Under the pieces are notes generated by a model. The model searched no databases. It was not told where the DNA came from and saw only the letters and a list, made by a program, of their open reading frames with translations. From NCBI RefSeq assembly GCF_049510175.1, contig NZ_JBEKZF010000003.1, positions 149,195 through 213,194 on the forward strand: DNA of 64,000 nt, written 5' to 3'. The DNA is from Methanoregula sp. GTDB lineage: Archaea; Halobacteriota; Methanomicrobia; Methanomicrobiales; Methanospirillaceae. Both the position numbers and the translations under genes were made by a program. Each line of letters starts with the position of its first letter. The stretch's first letter is position 1. Shown here in pieces: positions 9,429 through 20,031 of the stretch.

Positions 9429-10706
9429 TCAGAATTTGAAATGGCGGTTGACGATCTTGATTGCACAGTAATCGCCGCACATCGTGCACCCGTCGGTATC
9501 AGCGGGCATGCGCTCTTTCCGTATATCCCGTGCCCGCTTCGGGTTCATGGCTACGGCAAACTGGCGCTCCCAGTCAAGATCGCGGCGGGCATGGCCCATC
9601 TCGAGGTCCAGGTCCCGGGTCTTCTTGAGTTTGATCATATCCCCGACATGGGCGGCGATCCGCGAGCTGATCACGCCTTCGTACACCTCTTCAGGGGTCG
9701 GGAGGGCGAGGTGCTCGGCCGGGGTTACATAGCAGATAAAGTCCGCTCCAAGCGATGAGGAGATGGCGGCACCGATAGCGGCAACGCGGTCATCGTAGCC
9801 CGGGGCAATGTCGGTGACGATGGGGCCGAGCATGTAGAATGGTTTGTTGTTGGTGACTCTCTTCATAAGCTGGACATTAGTCGCGATCTCATCAATCGGT
9901 ACATGGCCCGGACCTTCAACGATCACTTGGACGTCCTGCGCATGCGCCTTGTCCGCGAGTTCCGCATTGATGAGCAGTTCCTGGATACCCGCCCGGTCTG
10001 TAGCATCGTGGATAGCGCCAGCCCGCATGCCGTTTCCCATCGAGAGCGTGACCTCGTGCTCCTTCATGATCTCAAGCAGGTAGTCAAACTCCGAGTAGAG
10101 AGGGTTCTCCTTCTCGTTATGGAGCATCCACGCGGTCATGAATGCCCCGCCCCGGGAGACGAGTCCGCAGTGACGGCCCTGGTTTTTCAGGCGCTTTACT
10201 GTCTCAAAGTTGATGCCGGTATGGATGGCCATGAAGTTAGTGCCGAGTTTTGCCTGTTCGGCCGTGATCCTGAACAGGTCATCCTCTTTCATGTTCACGA
10301 CTGCCCCGTCCTTTATCGCCGCTTCAATGAATGCCTGGTACAGGGGGACACACCCGACACTGAGTTTGGTATTGGCGATGATCTGCCGGCGGATCTCCAT
10401 AAAGTCTCCGCCGGTCGAGAGCTCCATGAGCGTGTCTGCCCCGGCGAGCTCGGCTTGTTTTGCCTTTTCGATCTCCATGCCAATATCCACAATGTCCGTG
10501 GATGTTCCGATCGAGGCATTCACCTTGGTGCGGAGCCCTTCCCCGATCCCACAGATCTTCACCTTGCGATAGGGGGAGACCGGGATAACGATATGCCCTT
10601 CGGCAACCCCGCGGCGGACGAAGTCTTCGGTGACTCCTTCCTGTGCGGCGACTTCTCTCATCTCTTCAGTTACGATGCCGCGCTTGGCATCTGCGACAAT
10701 ACTCAT
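9429..10706 (-). CDS. thiC: Phosphomethylpyrimidine synthase ThiC
   Basis: KVNASIGTS, VSRGG, EGPGHVP, YVTPAEHL and C-terminal CTMCGDYC. Confidence 0.92.
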   Translation of the reverse strand: MSIVADAKRGIVTEEMREVAAQEGVTEDFVRRGVAEGHIVIPVSPYRKVKICGIGEGLRTKVNASIGTSTDIVDIGMEIEKAKQAELAGADTLMELSTGGDFMEIRRQIIANTKLSVGCVPLYQAFIEAAIKDGAVVNMKEDDLFRITAEQAKLGTNFMAIHTGINFETVKRLKNQGRHCGLVSRGGAFMTAWMLHNEKENPLYSEFDYLLEIMKEHEVTLSMGNGMRAGAIHDATDRAGIQELLINAELADKAHAQDVQVIVEGPGHVPIDEIATNVQLMKRVTNNKPFYMLGPIVTDIAPGYDDRVAAIGAAISSSLGADFICYVTPAEHLALPTPEEVYEGVISSRIAAHVGDMIKLKKTRDLDLEMGHARRDLDWERQFAVAMNPKRARDIRKERMPADTDGCTMCGDYCAIKIVNRHFKF

Positions 10707-10769
10707 ACCATACAGGTAGCAGTAAAGACCAGATAAAGGCTCGGTTTTTCAATTCTGGACTAAATCTGG

Positions 10770-10786
10770 CTTGTTAAGTTAACAAG
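10770..10786. promoter_or_regulatory. Perfect 8-1-8 palindrome CTTGTTAA-G-TTAACAAG, candidate operator
   Basis: Inverted repeat read directly, in the divergent thiC/cdc48 intergenic region. Confidence 0.45.
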
Positions 10787-10802
10787 TAAAGTTGAATTGG
10801 AA

Positions 10803-10824
10803 TAACACAGAATTTTTTGTGTTA
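10803..10824. promoter_or_regulatory. 7-8-7 palindrome TAACACA-N8-TGTGTTA, candidate operator
   Basis: Inverted repeat read directly. Confidence 0.35.
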
Positions 10825-10903
10825 AAAATCGCCGCTTTCTATCATGAATGTGGATACTCCCTCGTATTGCCCGGCAAAAGGGGGGTTTGATAATGGCAGA
10901 GTA

Positions 10904-10911
10904 TTTATATA
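10904..10911 (+). promoter_or_regulatory. TATA box for cdc48
   Basis: TTTATATA about 50 bp upstream of ATG 10962, which is preceded by the SD GAGGTG. Confidence 0.55.
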
Positions 10912-10961
10912 GTGTGTAGCACTAACTAATGGTAAACCTTCAATGTACGAGGTGTTTTACG

Positions 10962-13352
10962 ATGAAAGAAAAGGATTATTTTGAAGTTACGGTAAAGGAA
11001 GCAGCCCACGACGATGCCGGCCGGGGTATTGCACGGCTCAGTATCGAGGTGATGAAAAAACTCGGCCTGGTCTCCGGAGATGTAATCGAGATCCAGGGCA
11101 AGAAGAAGGCCGCTGCAATCATCTGGCCGGGGTTTGCCCAGGATACCGGGTTTGCCACGCTCCTCATTGATGGGAACATCCGGGGGAATGCGGGCACCGG
11201 TATTGATGAGAAGGTCAGGATCCGAAAATCTGAGGCCGAATATGCCAAGAAGATCGTGGTCCAGCCTACCCAGCCGATACGCCTTGTCGGGGGTGAACAG
11301 TATCTTTCCCGGGTATTGCGTGGGCGGCCTGTGATCGAAGGACAGTCTGTCCGTGTCGATGTGATCGGCAACTCCATTACCCTCATAATTACGAAGGTGG
11401 CCCCCAAGGGCATGGTGATCGTCACCGATGACACCGACATCGAACTGAAGGAAGAGGCCTACAAAGCCGAAGAGGGCAAACCCGAATTGTCCGATATCCA
11501 TTACGAGGATATCGGGGGTCTTGGCCGAGAACTGCAGCTCGTGCGAGAGATGATCGAGCTCCCGCTCCGCCACCCGGAGATCTTCGAGCGCCTCGGGATC
11601 CAGCCGCCCAAGGGGGTACTGCTCTACGGCCCCCCGGGCACCGGCAAAACCCTGATTGCAAAAGCGGTGGCAAACGAGGTGGATGCCCACTTCATCTCGC
11701 TCTCCGGCCCCGAGATCATGAGCAAGTATTACGGTGAAAGCGAGAAGGGACTCCGCGTGAAGTTCGAAGAGGCGGAGCAGAATGCACCCGCGATCATCTT
11801 CATCGACGAGATCGATTCAATCGCGCCGAAGCGTGCGGAAGTGCAGGGGGAAGTCGAGCGGCGCATCGTCGCCCAGCTCCTGGCCCTCATGGACGGCCTC
11901 AAGGGACGCGGGCAGGTCATCGTCATCGCGGCGACCAACCTGCCGGACTCCCTAGACCCCGCACTCCGGCGCGGCGGGCGGTTCGACCGGGAGATCGAGA
12001 TCGGTATTCCGGACAAGAAAGGCCGGTTGGAGATCTTCCAGGTGCACACCCGGGGGGTACCTCTGGCGGACGATGTGAAGATCGAGGAGTTCGCTAACAT
12101 CACCCACGGCTTTGTCGGGGCAGACATTGCGCTGCTGGTCAAGGAGGCGGCGATGCATGCGCTCCGCAAGGTGATCCCGCAGATCAAGATCGACGAGGAG
12201 ATCCCTTCCGAGGTGCTCGACAAACTCAGGGTGACCAACGACGACTTTTCTGAGGCGCGCAGGAATGTCGAACCTTCTGCCATGCGCGAGGTGCTCGTCG
12301 AGATGCCGGATATCACCTGGAAGCAGGTCGGTGGGCTTGAGGATGTGAAACAGGAACTCAGGGAAGCCGTGGAGTGGCCGCTCAAATATCCGGATGTGTT
12401 CGAACGGCTCCAGACCAAGGCCCCCAAGGGGATCCTGATGTTCGGCCCTCCCGGTACCGGTAAGACGCTGCTCGCAAAGGCCGTGGCCAACGAGAGCGAG
12501 TGTAACTTCATCGCGGTGAAAGGACCCGAACTGCTCTCAAAGTGGGTCGGAGAATCAGAAAAGGGTATCCGGGAGATCTTCCGTAAGGCCCGGCAGGCAT
12601 CCCCTTCGATCATATTCTTCGACGAGATCGATGCGCTGGTGCCCAAGCGGGGCAGCTTCCAGGGGTCATCCCATGTAACGGAAAGCGTGGTCTCCCAGAT
12701 CCTTACCGAGCTTGACGGGATTGAAGAACTTAAAAATGTTACCATCCTTGCGGCTACCAACCGGCCGGACATGCTGGACGATGCCCTGCTCCGTCCGGGC
12801 CGCCTCGAACGCCACATCTACGTACCTGCGCCCGACGAGGAGAGCAGGAAGAAGATCTTCGAGGTCTACCTCGGTGGTGAGACCGGTAACATCCTTGCAG
12901 AGGATGTCGATGTCGATGTACTGGTGAAACAGACCGATGGTTATGTTGGCGCAGATATCGAGGCGCTTGTCCGCGAGGCAAAGATGGAGGCGATGCGTAA
13001 CTTCATCATCCAGATGGGCGGCAGGAACGAACAGGAGCGCAAGGACGCGATCAATAACGTGATGCTGACAAAGGCCCACTTCAATGCAGCTCTGCTCAAA
13101 GCGAAGGGATCTCTTGACCAGGATGCGATCGATCAGTCCGAACGGCATGCATGGGAGATGCTGTACAACCAAGAGCAGCGTACCATCCTTGACAAGGCTT
13201 CGCTGCTGATCTCCCGGGCCGGCATGGCTCACAAGAAGATCGATGATAAGCTGGCCGGCAAGCTCCGTTCAGCGGTCCATGCACGAAATAAGGACTTTGC
13301 AGAGATCACAACGCTGACAGAGTCTCTGGAAAAGAAACTGGGGAAAGCATAA
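10962..13352 (+). CDS. cdc48: CDC48/VCP-family AAA+ ATPase
   Basis: N-domain plus two AAA modules (GPPGTGKT twice, [25 protein letters not shown]). Confidence 0.96.
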   Translation: MKEKDYFEVTVKEAAHDDAGRGIARLSIEVMKKLGLVSGDVIEIQGKKKAAAIIWPGFAQDTGFATLLIDGNIRGNAGTGIDEKVRIRKSEAEYAKKIVVQPTQPIRLVGGEQYLSRVLRGRPVIEGQSVRVDVIGNSITLIITKVAPKGMVIVTDDTDIELKEEAYKAEEGKPELSDIHYEDIGGLGRELQLVREMIELPLRHPEIFERLGIQPPKGVLLYGPPGTGKTLIAKAVANEVDAHFISLSGPEIMSKYYGESEKGLRVKFEEAEQNAPAIIFIDEIDSIAPKRAEVQGEVERRIVAQLLALMDGLKGRGQVIVIAATNLPDSLDPALRRGGRFDREIEIGIPDKKGRLEIFQVHTRGVPLADDVKIEEFANITHGFVGADIALLVKEAAMHALRKVIPQIKIDEEIPSEVLDKLRVTNDDFSEARRNVEPSAMREVLVEMPDITWKQVGGLEDVKQELREAVEWPLKYPDVFERLQTKAPKGILMFGPPGTGKTLLAKAVANESECNFIAVKGPELLSKWVGESEKGIREIFRKARQASPSIIFFDEIDALVPKRGSFQGSSHVTESVVSQILTELDGIEELKNVTILAATNRPDMLDDALLRPGRLERHIYVPAPDEESRKKIFEVYLGGETGNILAEDVDVDVLVKQTDGYVGADIEALVREAKMEAMRNFIIQMGGRNEQERKDAINNVMLTKAHFNAALLKAKGSLDQDAIDQSERHAWEMLYNQEQRTILDKASLLISRAGMAHKKIDDKLAGKLRSAVHARNKDFAEITTLTESLEKKLGKA

Positions 13353-13374
13353 TACCGAAAACGAGGTGATGACA

Positions 13375-13789
13375 ATGACTGAAGACTCTATGGATATGTT
13401 TGAACAGATGGACGATATGTTCGCCCGGTACCCCGCAGGTTTACGGTTACCGGATCGTCTTCCGCAACGGCGGAACATCCGCCGGGATGGCAGAAATCCC
13501 GGCTATCCCGCCCCGAGCCACCCGGGAACCCGTTACCGAAGTCCATCAGATCGGGAATGAGATCAAAGTGATTATCGAACTTCCCGGAGCAAAGGATGAC
13601 ATGATACAGCTTGAGATAACGGGAAGCACGCTCGTCATCGATGCAAGGGATGCGGATCATCACTACCACACGACTGCATCTCTGCCCTTGGTGGATGCGG
13701 GATCGATGCAGAGATCGTTCAAAAATGGTATACTGGAAGTGACCTTCGGGAACCTTCCGGCTGGTACAACGGTTCCTGGCACGAACTGA
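13375..13789 (+). pseudogene. Hsp20/alpha-crystallin small heat-shock protein, frameshifted near 13427
   Basis: SD GAGGTG and MTEDSMDMFEQMDDMFAR are in one frame; GTPQVYGYRIVF through ELPGA and FKNGILEV (ACD) are in the +1 frame. Confidence 0.7.
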
Positions 13790-14163
13790 ATTTTCTTTTT
13801 TTATCCTTGTCGATCATACCCCCAGTTACGATGAACGCCGCCGTTCCTGAATGGACACACACGAAAAATTCTGATGATTTTCTCTCTCGACAGGATTTTT
13901 TAGAGCGGATTTGTGTTTCTCCAAAAAATGGGATCACGGTCCGGGAAAAAATTTTCAGTCATTCCTATGACACCTGCCAGATCTGCTGAAACGGGAGATC
14001 GGAACATGTGTGTTGATGGCTCCTCCCTTTGACCCAAACTGAGGCAGGTAAGCCGGTACAACAAGATAATAATCCTGATAAACATCGGCATCAAACAACT
14101 ACTCACATCCGGGTGGATATCCCATGGTTGCATGCTCTTTGTGGTAGAGGAAAGTGGTAAGAC

Positions 14164-15069
14164 ATGAAACTCAAAGATTTCCTTGTCAGCGAGGGAACAG
14201 AAAAGAACCTGGCGGAGTTAATTCTCTTCCTGAGCGACCAGGCCCATGGTGTCAGGAAGGGTTTTCTCTGCACCTGCATGAAAGATTCGGTGGATGAGAA
14301 AACCCGGAACGTATATGGCGAAGAGCAGATGCCCCTTGACAAGTATGCTGACGGGGTGTTCATTTCAGGACTCAAATCTTCTCGTCTCGTAAGGTATATC
14401 GCAACTGAAGAACAGGAGCAGGTCATCGAGGTTGAGAACCCGAAGAACGACTTCGGGGTCGTCATCGACCCGCTTGACGGGTCCTCGCTCATTGACGTAA
14501 ATCTCTGCACCGGATCCATCATCGGGATCTATCCGGGGCATGTGCTTGGCAAGGGTGCAACGATGGTTGCCGCCCTGTACATGCTCTACGGCCCGCTCAC
14601 CATCATGGCCTTCACGACGGGAAAGGGAGTCCACGAATTTGTCATGGACGAGTCCGGCGAATTCGTCCTGAGGCACCGGGACATCAGGATCCCGGAAGGA
14701 AGGATCTATGCCCCCGGCGCCCTCCGAAAGGATTATCTCCCCGCCCATGCCCGGTGGATCGGGGATCTCGAGCAGGCAGGATACAAACTCCGGTTCAGCG
14801 GCTGTTTTGTCGCCGATGTGCACCAGATTCTCCACAAGGGGGGCGTCTTCTCCTACCCCGGATTCAAGGGAAAAGAGAGGGGAAAACTGCGCCTTCTCTA
14901 CGAGGCAAATCCGATGGGAAAGATCATCCACGAGGCCGGCGGGGCGATCAGCAATGGGAACACTGATATTCTCGACATTACCCCCCGTGCCATCGATGAG
15001 ATCACACCTATCTATGTAGGCGGCAAAAAAGAGATCGCACTGATTGAAAAATTTATGCATGAAGGGTGA
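14164..15069 (+). CDS. fbp: Fructose-1,6-bisphosphatase class I
   Basis: [39 protein letters not shown]. Confidence 0.92.
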   Translation: MKLKDFLVSEGTEKNLAELILFLSDQAHGVRKGFLCTCMKDSVDEKTRNVYGEEQMPLDKYADGVFISGLKSSRLVRYIATEEQEQVIEVENPKNDFGVVIDPLDGSSLIDVNLCTGSIIGIYPGHVLGKGATMVAALYMLYGPLTIMAFTTGKGVHEFVMDESGEFVLRHRDIRIPEGRIYAPGALRKDYLPAHARWIGDLEQAGYKLRFSGCFVADVHQILHKGGVFSYPGFKGKERGKLRLLYEANPMGKIIHEAGGAISNGNTDILDITPRAIDEITPIYVGGKKEIALIEKFMHEG

Positions 15070-15089
15070 ATAAACAGGATTGATGCAGT

Positions 15090-16229
15090 ATGAAGAAGAA
15101 TGATTTTGGTCCTATCCCCGGCTCGACAATCCTCAACGCAGTCTCCGGCCACAAGGCGATTGTCATGGCGGCGAACGTCCGGATAGCATCGGTAGCACAA
15201 GGCATTTTCAGGGCAGCCAAAGATACAGACTCAGCAGTCTTCATGGAACTTGCCCGGTCGGAGTGCGACCTCAAGGGTGGATATACAGGACTCACCCCGC
15301 AGGATTTCTCAAAAAGGATGAACGAGGCCGCACAAGCCATCGGGTTTGACGCGTGGGCCCTCCACGCGGATCACATCACCATCAAGAAAGGTGATGCCGG
15401 GGAGGTTGACAGCACCAAACAGCTGATCGATGCACAGATTGCTGCCGGCTATACCTCATTTGCGATCGACGCCTCCCACCTCTTCAACTTCGAAGGAAAG
15501 AATGTCCAGGACGAGCTTGACCCGAATATCCGGATTACCTCTGACCTCGCCCATTATATCAAAAAAGGAATGAATGGAAGGGAGTATGGTCTCGAAGTTG
15601 AAGTGGGAGAGATCGGCAGAAAGGACGGAAGTGGGCTTGTCCTGACAAAACCCGAGGAGGCCGTTACGTTCATCCGGGCGCTCAATGAGAATGATGTGTT
15701 TCCCCACGTGCTCGCCATAGCAAACGGCAGCACGCACGGCCATGTGTACGATGCAAACGGGAATGTTGTCGAACAGCTCTCCATCGATATCCCCCAGACG
15801 AAGGCGATCGCAAAAGCCCTACGGGACAACAAGCTTAAGGTCGGGATCGCGCAGCACGGGATCACCGGCACTCCCCGGGACCTGATCAACCTCCATTTCC
15901 CGAAGGGGGATATCATCAAGGGTAATGTCGGCACCTTCTGGCAGGATGTAGTGTTCAGCACCCTGAAAGTGTACGAACCCTCGCTCTACAAGAGCATCCA
16001 GGACTGGACGCTGGAGAAATACCGGCCCGCAAACCCCGGGAAATCCGACCGCCAGATATTCGACGGGAACTGCAAGATGGCAATAAAGGAATTCTTCAAA
16101 GACCTCTATTCCCTTGAAGAAGGGACCGAGCACGCGATACAGTCGATGGCATATGCCGAAAGCCTCGTCTTCTTCCGGGCATTCGGTGCATACGGATCGG
16201 CATCGCTCGTGCGGAAATCCCTCAAATAA
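15090..16229 (+). CDS. fba: Class II fructose-bisphosphate aldolase
   Basis: LHADH, AIDAS, EVEVGEIG, IANGSTHG, AQHGITG and KGN motifs. Confidence 0.85.
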   Translation: MKKNDFGPIPGSTILNAVSGHKAIVMAANVRIASVAQGIFRAAKDTDSAVFMELARSECDLKGGYTGLTPQDFSKRMNEAAQAIGFDAWALHADHITIKKGDAGEVDSTKQLIDAQIAAGYTSFAIDASHLFNFEGKNVQDELDPNIRITSDLAHYIKKGMNGREYGLEVEVGEIGRKDGSGLVLTKPEEAVTFIRALNENDVFPHVLAIANGSTHGHVYDANGNVVEQLSIDIPQTKAIAKALRDNKLKVGIAQHGITGTPRDLINLHFPKGDIIKGNVGTFWQDVVFSTLKVYEPSLYKSIQDWTLEKYRPANPGKSDRQIFDGNCKMAIKEFFKDLYSLEEGTEHAIQSMAYAESLVFFRAFGAYGSASLVRKSLK

Positions 16230-16281
16230 TAACCCCCGCAATCTTTTAGTATCCGAAAGAGATCTCATACTGTGAAGTCTC

Positions 16282-17382
16282 ATGCCGAAAACCACGATTT
16301 CCGTGATTAAGGCGGATGTGGGAAGTTACCCTGGACACTCCCGCATCCACCCGAAACTTCTGGAGAAGGCACAGAAGCTTCTCAAGGAACAGGAAGGTAA
16401 ACTCCTGATCGACTCCTTCGTCACGCACTGCGGTGACGATCTCGAACTGATCATGACCCATACCCATGGCGTGGATAATACCAAGGTCCACAAACTTGCC
16501 TGGGATGTCTTCATGGAGTGCACGAAGATTGCAAAGGGCCTCAAGCTTTACGGTGCCGGTCAGGATATGCTCGCCGACGCCTTCTCTGGCAATGTCAAGG
16601 GGATGGGCCCTGGCGTTGCCGAGATGGAGTTCGAGGAGCGAGGGTCGGATCCTATTCTCGTCTTCATGGCGGACAAGACCGAGCCAGGAGCCTGGAACTT
16701 CTTCCTGTACAAGATCTTTGCCGACCCGTTCAATACCGCGGGCCTCGTCATCGACCCCTCGATGCATAAGGGGTTCGTCTTCGAAGTCCATGACCTCGTC
16801 GAGAAGCGCAAAATTCTGTTCAACTGCCCCGAGGAGATTTACAGCCTGCTGGTCTACATCGGTGCACCGTCGCGGTACGTGATCAAGCATGTCTTCAAGC
16901 GGGACGGGGAGATCGCTGCCTCGACCAGCACCCAGCGGCTGAGCCTCTTGGCAGGTAAATATGTCGGCAAGGACGACCCGGTGATGATCGTCAGGTCCCA
17001 GAGCGGTTTCCCAGCGGTCGGAGAAGTGATCGAACCGTTCTGTATACCGGTACTGGTTGCCGGCTGGATGCGCGGCTCCCATCACGGCCCGTTCATGCCG
17101 GTCGGCCTTTCCGAAGCGAACTGCACCCGGTTTGACGGACCCCCAAGGGTCATCTGCTTCGGGTTCCAGCTCTGCAACGGCGAACTGATCGGCCCTGCGG
17201 ATATGTTCGATGACCCGGCTTTCGATCGCGTCCGTAACCGGTGCAACGAGCTTGCCGACATAATCCGGGCCCAGGGCCCGTTCGAGCCCCACCGGCTCTC
17301 GCTTGGAGAGATGGAGTACACCACGCTTCCGGGTGTTGAGAAAGAACTGAAAAAGCGCTGGGAACCCCTGCCCCAGGAATAA
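16282..17382 (+). CDS. Bifunctional FBP aldolase/phosphatase (class V FBPase)
   Basis: KADVG..GH, GDD, LYGAGQDML, MGPGVAE, DKTEPGAWN, YVGKDDP (Schiff-base Lys), RGSHHGP. Confidence 0.95.
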   Translation: MPKTTISVIKADVGSYPGHSRIHPKLLEKAQKLLKEQEGKLLIDSFVTHCGDDLELIMTHTHGVDNTKVHKLAWDVFMECTKIAKGLKLYGAGQDMLADAFSGNVKGMGPGVAEMEFEERGSDPILVFMADKTEPGAWNFFLYKIFADPFNTAGLVIDPSMHKGFVFEVHDLVEKRKILFNCPEEIYSLLVYIGAPSRYVIKHVFKRDGEIAASTSTQRLSLLAGKYVGKDDPVMIVRSQSGFPAVGEVIEPFCIPVLVAGWMRGSHHGPFMPVGLSEANCTRFDGPPRVICFGFQLCNGELIGPADMFDDPAFDRVRNRCNELADIIRAQGPFEPHRLSLGEMEYTTLPGVEKELKKRWEPLPQE

Positions 17383-17507
17383 TTTTTCTCTTTTGTGATT
17401 GTACGGATGCGGGACTGATGGAGGCAGTCCCCCGGAAACAGTGGGAACGTGGCAATTCTGTGGTGTATGGGCAAACTTTAATTATCTTACATCCCAAATT
17501 AGGGCAG

Positions 17508-17744
17508 ATGGTTAACGGAATTGTTTTGCCAATAAAAAAAGTGTTTGCGCTGGTGGATTCGAAAATTTCAGTCGAGATCAAAGACGAAGGCCGGAAACTG
17601 CAGGGGCGCCTCGTTGCGGTGGATGAATATCTGAACATCCACATGGAAGAGACCCTTGAATTCGTCGACAACCAGCGGGGAAGAAGCCTCGGGACCGTCG
17701 TGATCCGGGGGAATAACATCCTCACCATCGCACCGGTAATCTGA
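17508..17744 (+). CDS. LSm/Sm-like RNA-binding protein
   Basis: Sm1 (GRLVAVDEYLNIHM) and Sm2 (VVIRGNNI) motifs. Confidence 0.92.
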   Translation: MVNGIVLPIKKVFALVDSKISVEIKDEGRKLQGRLVAVDEYLNIHMEETLEFVDNQRGRSLGTVVIRGNNILTIAPVI

Positions 17745-17755
17745 TCTGATAAAAG

Positions 17756-18109
17756 GTGGATACTGTGGGAGATCCTGCTGATGAAGGACTGAAACTGATT
17801 CAGTCGAAACCGGAGGGCGTGCTCCAGAGCGAGCTCTGGAAGGAGCTCGGCGTTGACAGCCGGAAGTGCTCCAGAATTGTCAAAAAACTGGAGGAGAGCG
17901 GGCTCATCGTTCGGGAGGAGTTCAAAAAAGACGGGATCAAGACCTATCTTCTGCGGGCAAAACAGATGCCGGTCAACCCGTCCGACCTGATGGCTGGCGA
18001 TGAGTTGATACCCTGTATCGGGTGCGATCTCGAATGTATTGTCGAGGAATGTCACCCGCTGATGGACTGGATGTACCAACTCGCGATCGTCTCCCATACG
18101 GAAGACTAA
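17756..18109 (+). CDS. Winged-HTH plus Cys4 protein, TFE-beta/RPC34-like
   Basis: GVLQSELWKELG wHTH and C-terminal PCIGCDLECIVEECHPLMDW. Confidence 0.65.
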   Translation: MDTVGDPADEGLKLIQSKPEGVLQSELWKELGVDSRKCSRIVKKLEESGLIVREEFKKDGIKTYLLRAKQMPVNPSDLMAGDELIPCIGCDLECIVEECHPLMDWMYQLAIVSHTED

Positions 18110-18337
18110 GCACTCTTTTTACTCCTTTCGCCCTGGCATTCTTTTTCGGAGATTTTTTTGAGGGTTTATTCGATTGGGTTTGACAGAAAATTCTGGAATA
18201 ATCCTCCAGACTCAGAACTGAAATATTTTGATTTTTCCCCTGTTTTTTGAAAAATATCCCGTTTTCAACAACTATTTATCGCTCAACCATCCACCTGATA
18301 ATAGTTAATTCCACGTGGTTTTACCGGATGATGCACG

Positions 18338-20017
18338 ATGATCTCTGTTTTGTTTATTGATGACAATACCGATCTTCTTGCCCAGATCCGCACGTTTCTT
18401 GAGAAGACCGGGGAGATCAGGGTTGAGCAGGCCCATTCCATAAAACAGGCAATAGAAAAACTCCGCGGCAGGACCTTTGACGTTATTGTCTCCTACGAGC
18501 AGATGCCCGATGTGAACGGGATCGAATTCGTGCCGGATATGAACGGGATAGATTTCCTGAAATACCTCAAGACCCAGGGAAATGCGACGCCGGTTATCCT
18601 CCTCTGCCGGAGAAGTTCGAACAGGCTCGCCCTTGAGGAAGTGAACAACGGGACGGAGATCACTCTTCCTAAATCCGGGGATATCCGCCCGCAGTTTATG
18701 GAAATGGTCAACCTGATCAAGCAGACGACGCTCAGGAAAAAAGCTGAGCGCGAGCTTAAGGTCCAGAACGAGCAGCTGGCAACGATCCTTTCCGCAACTC
18801 CTCTCGGAATATTCCAGATGCGCAACGGCATACTCGAATGGGTGAACCGACCCTTTGTTTCCATGCTTGGGTATACGGAAACGGCACTGGTTGGCAGGGA
18901 GTTACGCACGCTGCTGAAGACTCGTGAGGAGTTCGAACAGATCTGCCGTGAATTCCTGATCCGGAAGGATACCCAGGGCCTCGGGCATGCAGACTGCCGG
19001 CTCATCAAAAAAGACGGCTCATCCGTTCCCTGCCACCTCCAGGTGCAGCCGCTTGATCCCGGTGATATCACAAAGGGCGGGACTTTTGTCGTCACCGACA
19101 ACTCGGAAAAGCAGAAGATCACTGATGCACTACGGGAGAGCGAGGCAAAATACCGCGACATGATGCAGAACACCCAGAGCATTATCATCCGGATGGATAC
19201 GCAGGGGAATATCACATTCTTCAACAATTATGCCCTGACTTTTTTTGATTACACGTCGGAAGAGGTGATCGGAAAAAATGTCGTGGGAACGATCGTTCCC
19301 GAGAAAGCCCGCGTCCAGCACGGGCTCTCGATGATGGCAAACGACATCGGGTTCAATGCCGAAGGCTATGCGGTCAATGTCAGCGAGAATGTCCGGCGTA
19401 ACGGCGATCGCGTCTGGATCGCATGGATCAACAAGGCGATCCGGGATGAACAGGGCAGGATCATCGAAATCCTTTGTATCGGCAACGATATCACGGACCG
19501 CAAACGCGGGGGGGAAGTACGGATCAGCACCGATACCTGGAAAGATATGGTTGTCGCGGACACGGATGTGAAAGAGGAAGTGTTCGACGCGGTCTTCCAC
19601 ATCTGTACCGAGATCTCGATTGAAGGCCGGGAAGGAAAACCGGTCGGCACCACGTTCCTGATCGGGGATACGAGGAACGTGCTGGAAAAATCCCGCCAGA
19701 TTATCCTGAACCCGTTTGAGGGCCACCGGCCGGAGCTGCGCATTGTCACAAACCCTGATCTCAAGGAGAATATCAAGGCCCTCGCACAGCTCGATGGTGC
19801 ATTCGTCATCTCAGGTGACGGGTTTGTTGAATCTGTGGGCCGTTATATCACGGTGGACACGAGCAACGTCTCCCTTCCCCCCGGGATGGGAACCCGCCAC
19901 AACTCGGTTGCCGCCATCACGCAGGTTACCCATGCTGTCGGTATTGTCGTGTCGCAGAGCGGCGGGGGGATTACGGTCTTCAGGGAGGGCCGGATCCTGA
20001 AAAAGATCACTCTCTGA
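18338..20017 (+). CDS. Receiver-like/PAS/PAS/DisA_N diadenylate cyclase
   Basis: REC-like N-terminus, two PAS/PAC domains, and a DAC domain with EGREGKPVGT, LDGAFVI and GTRH. Confidence 0.85.
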   Translation: MISVLFIDDNTDLLAQIRTFLEKTGEIRVEQAHSIKQAIEKLRGRTFDVIVSYEQMPDVNGIEFVPDMNGIDFLKYLKTQGNATPVILLCRRSSNRLALEEVNNGTEITLPKSGDIRPQFMEMVNLIKQTTLRKKAERELKVQNEQLATILSATPLGIFQMRNGILEWVNRPFVSMLGYTETALVGRELRTLLKTREEFEQICREFLIRKDTQGLGHADCRLIKKDGSSVPCHLQVQPLDPGDITKGGTFVVTDNSEKQKITDALRESEAKYRDMMQNTQSIIIRMDTQGNITFFNNYALTFFDYTSEEVIGKNVVGTIVPEKARVQHGLSMMANDIGFNAEGYAVNVSENVRRNGDRVWIAWINKAIRDEQGRIIEILCIGNDITDRKRGGEVRISTDTWKDMVVADTDVKEEVFDAVFHICTEISIEGREGKPVGTTFLIGDTRNVLEKSRQIILNPFEGHRPELRIVTNPDLKENIKALAQLDGAFVISGDGFVESVGRYITVDTSNVSLPPGMGTRHNSVAAITQVTHAVGIVVSQSGGGITVFREGRILKKITL

Positions 20018-20031
20018 ACCGGGCATTTTTT

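Noticed and set aside
10922-10936. HSR1-type heat-shock operator CTAAC-N5-GTTAG
   Set aside because: The right half-site matches only 3/5 (GTAAA); too weak
10707-10961. TPP riboswitch upstream of thiC
   Set aside because: No CUGAGA or other THI-box core on either strand
11729-12817. 362-aa minus-strand ORF (likewise 50138-51169 and 42303-43139)
   Set aside because: Antisense shadows of cdc48, mutL and the MBL-rhodanese gene
13900-14133. 77-aa minus-strand ORF between hsp20 and fbp
   Set aside because: No SD or motif; overlaps the likely fbp promoter
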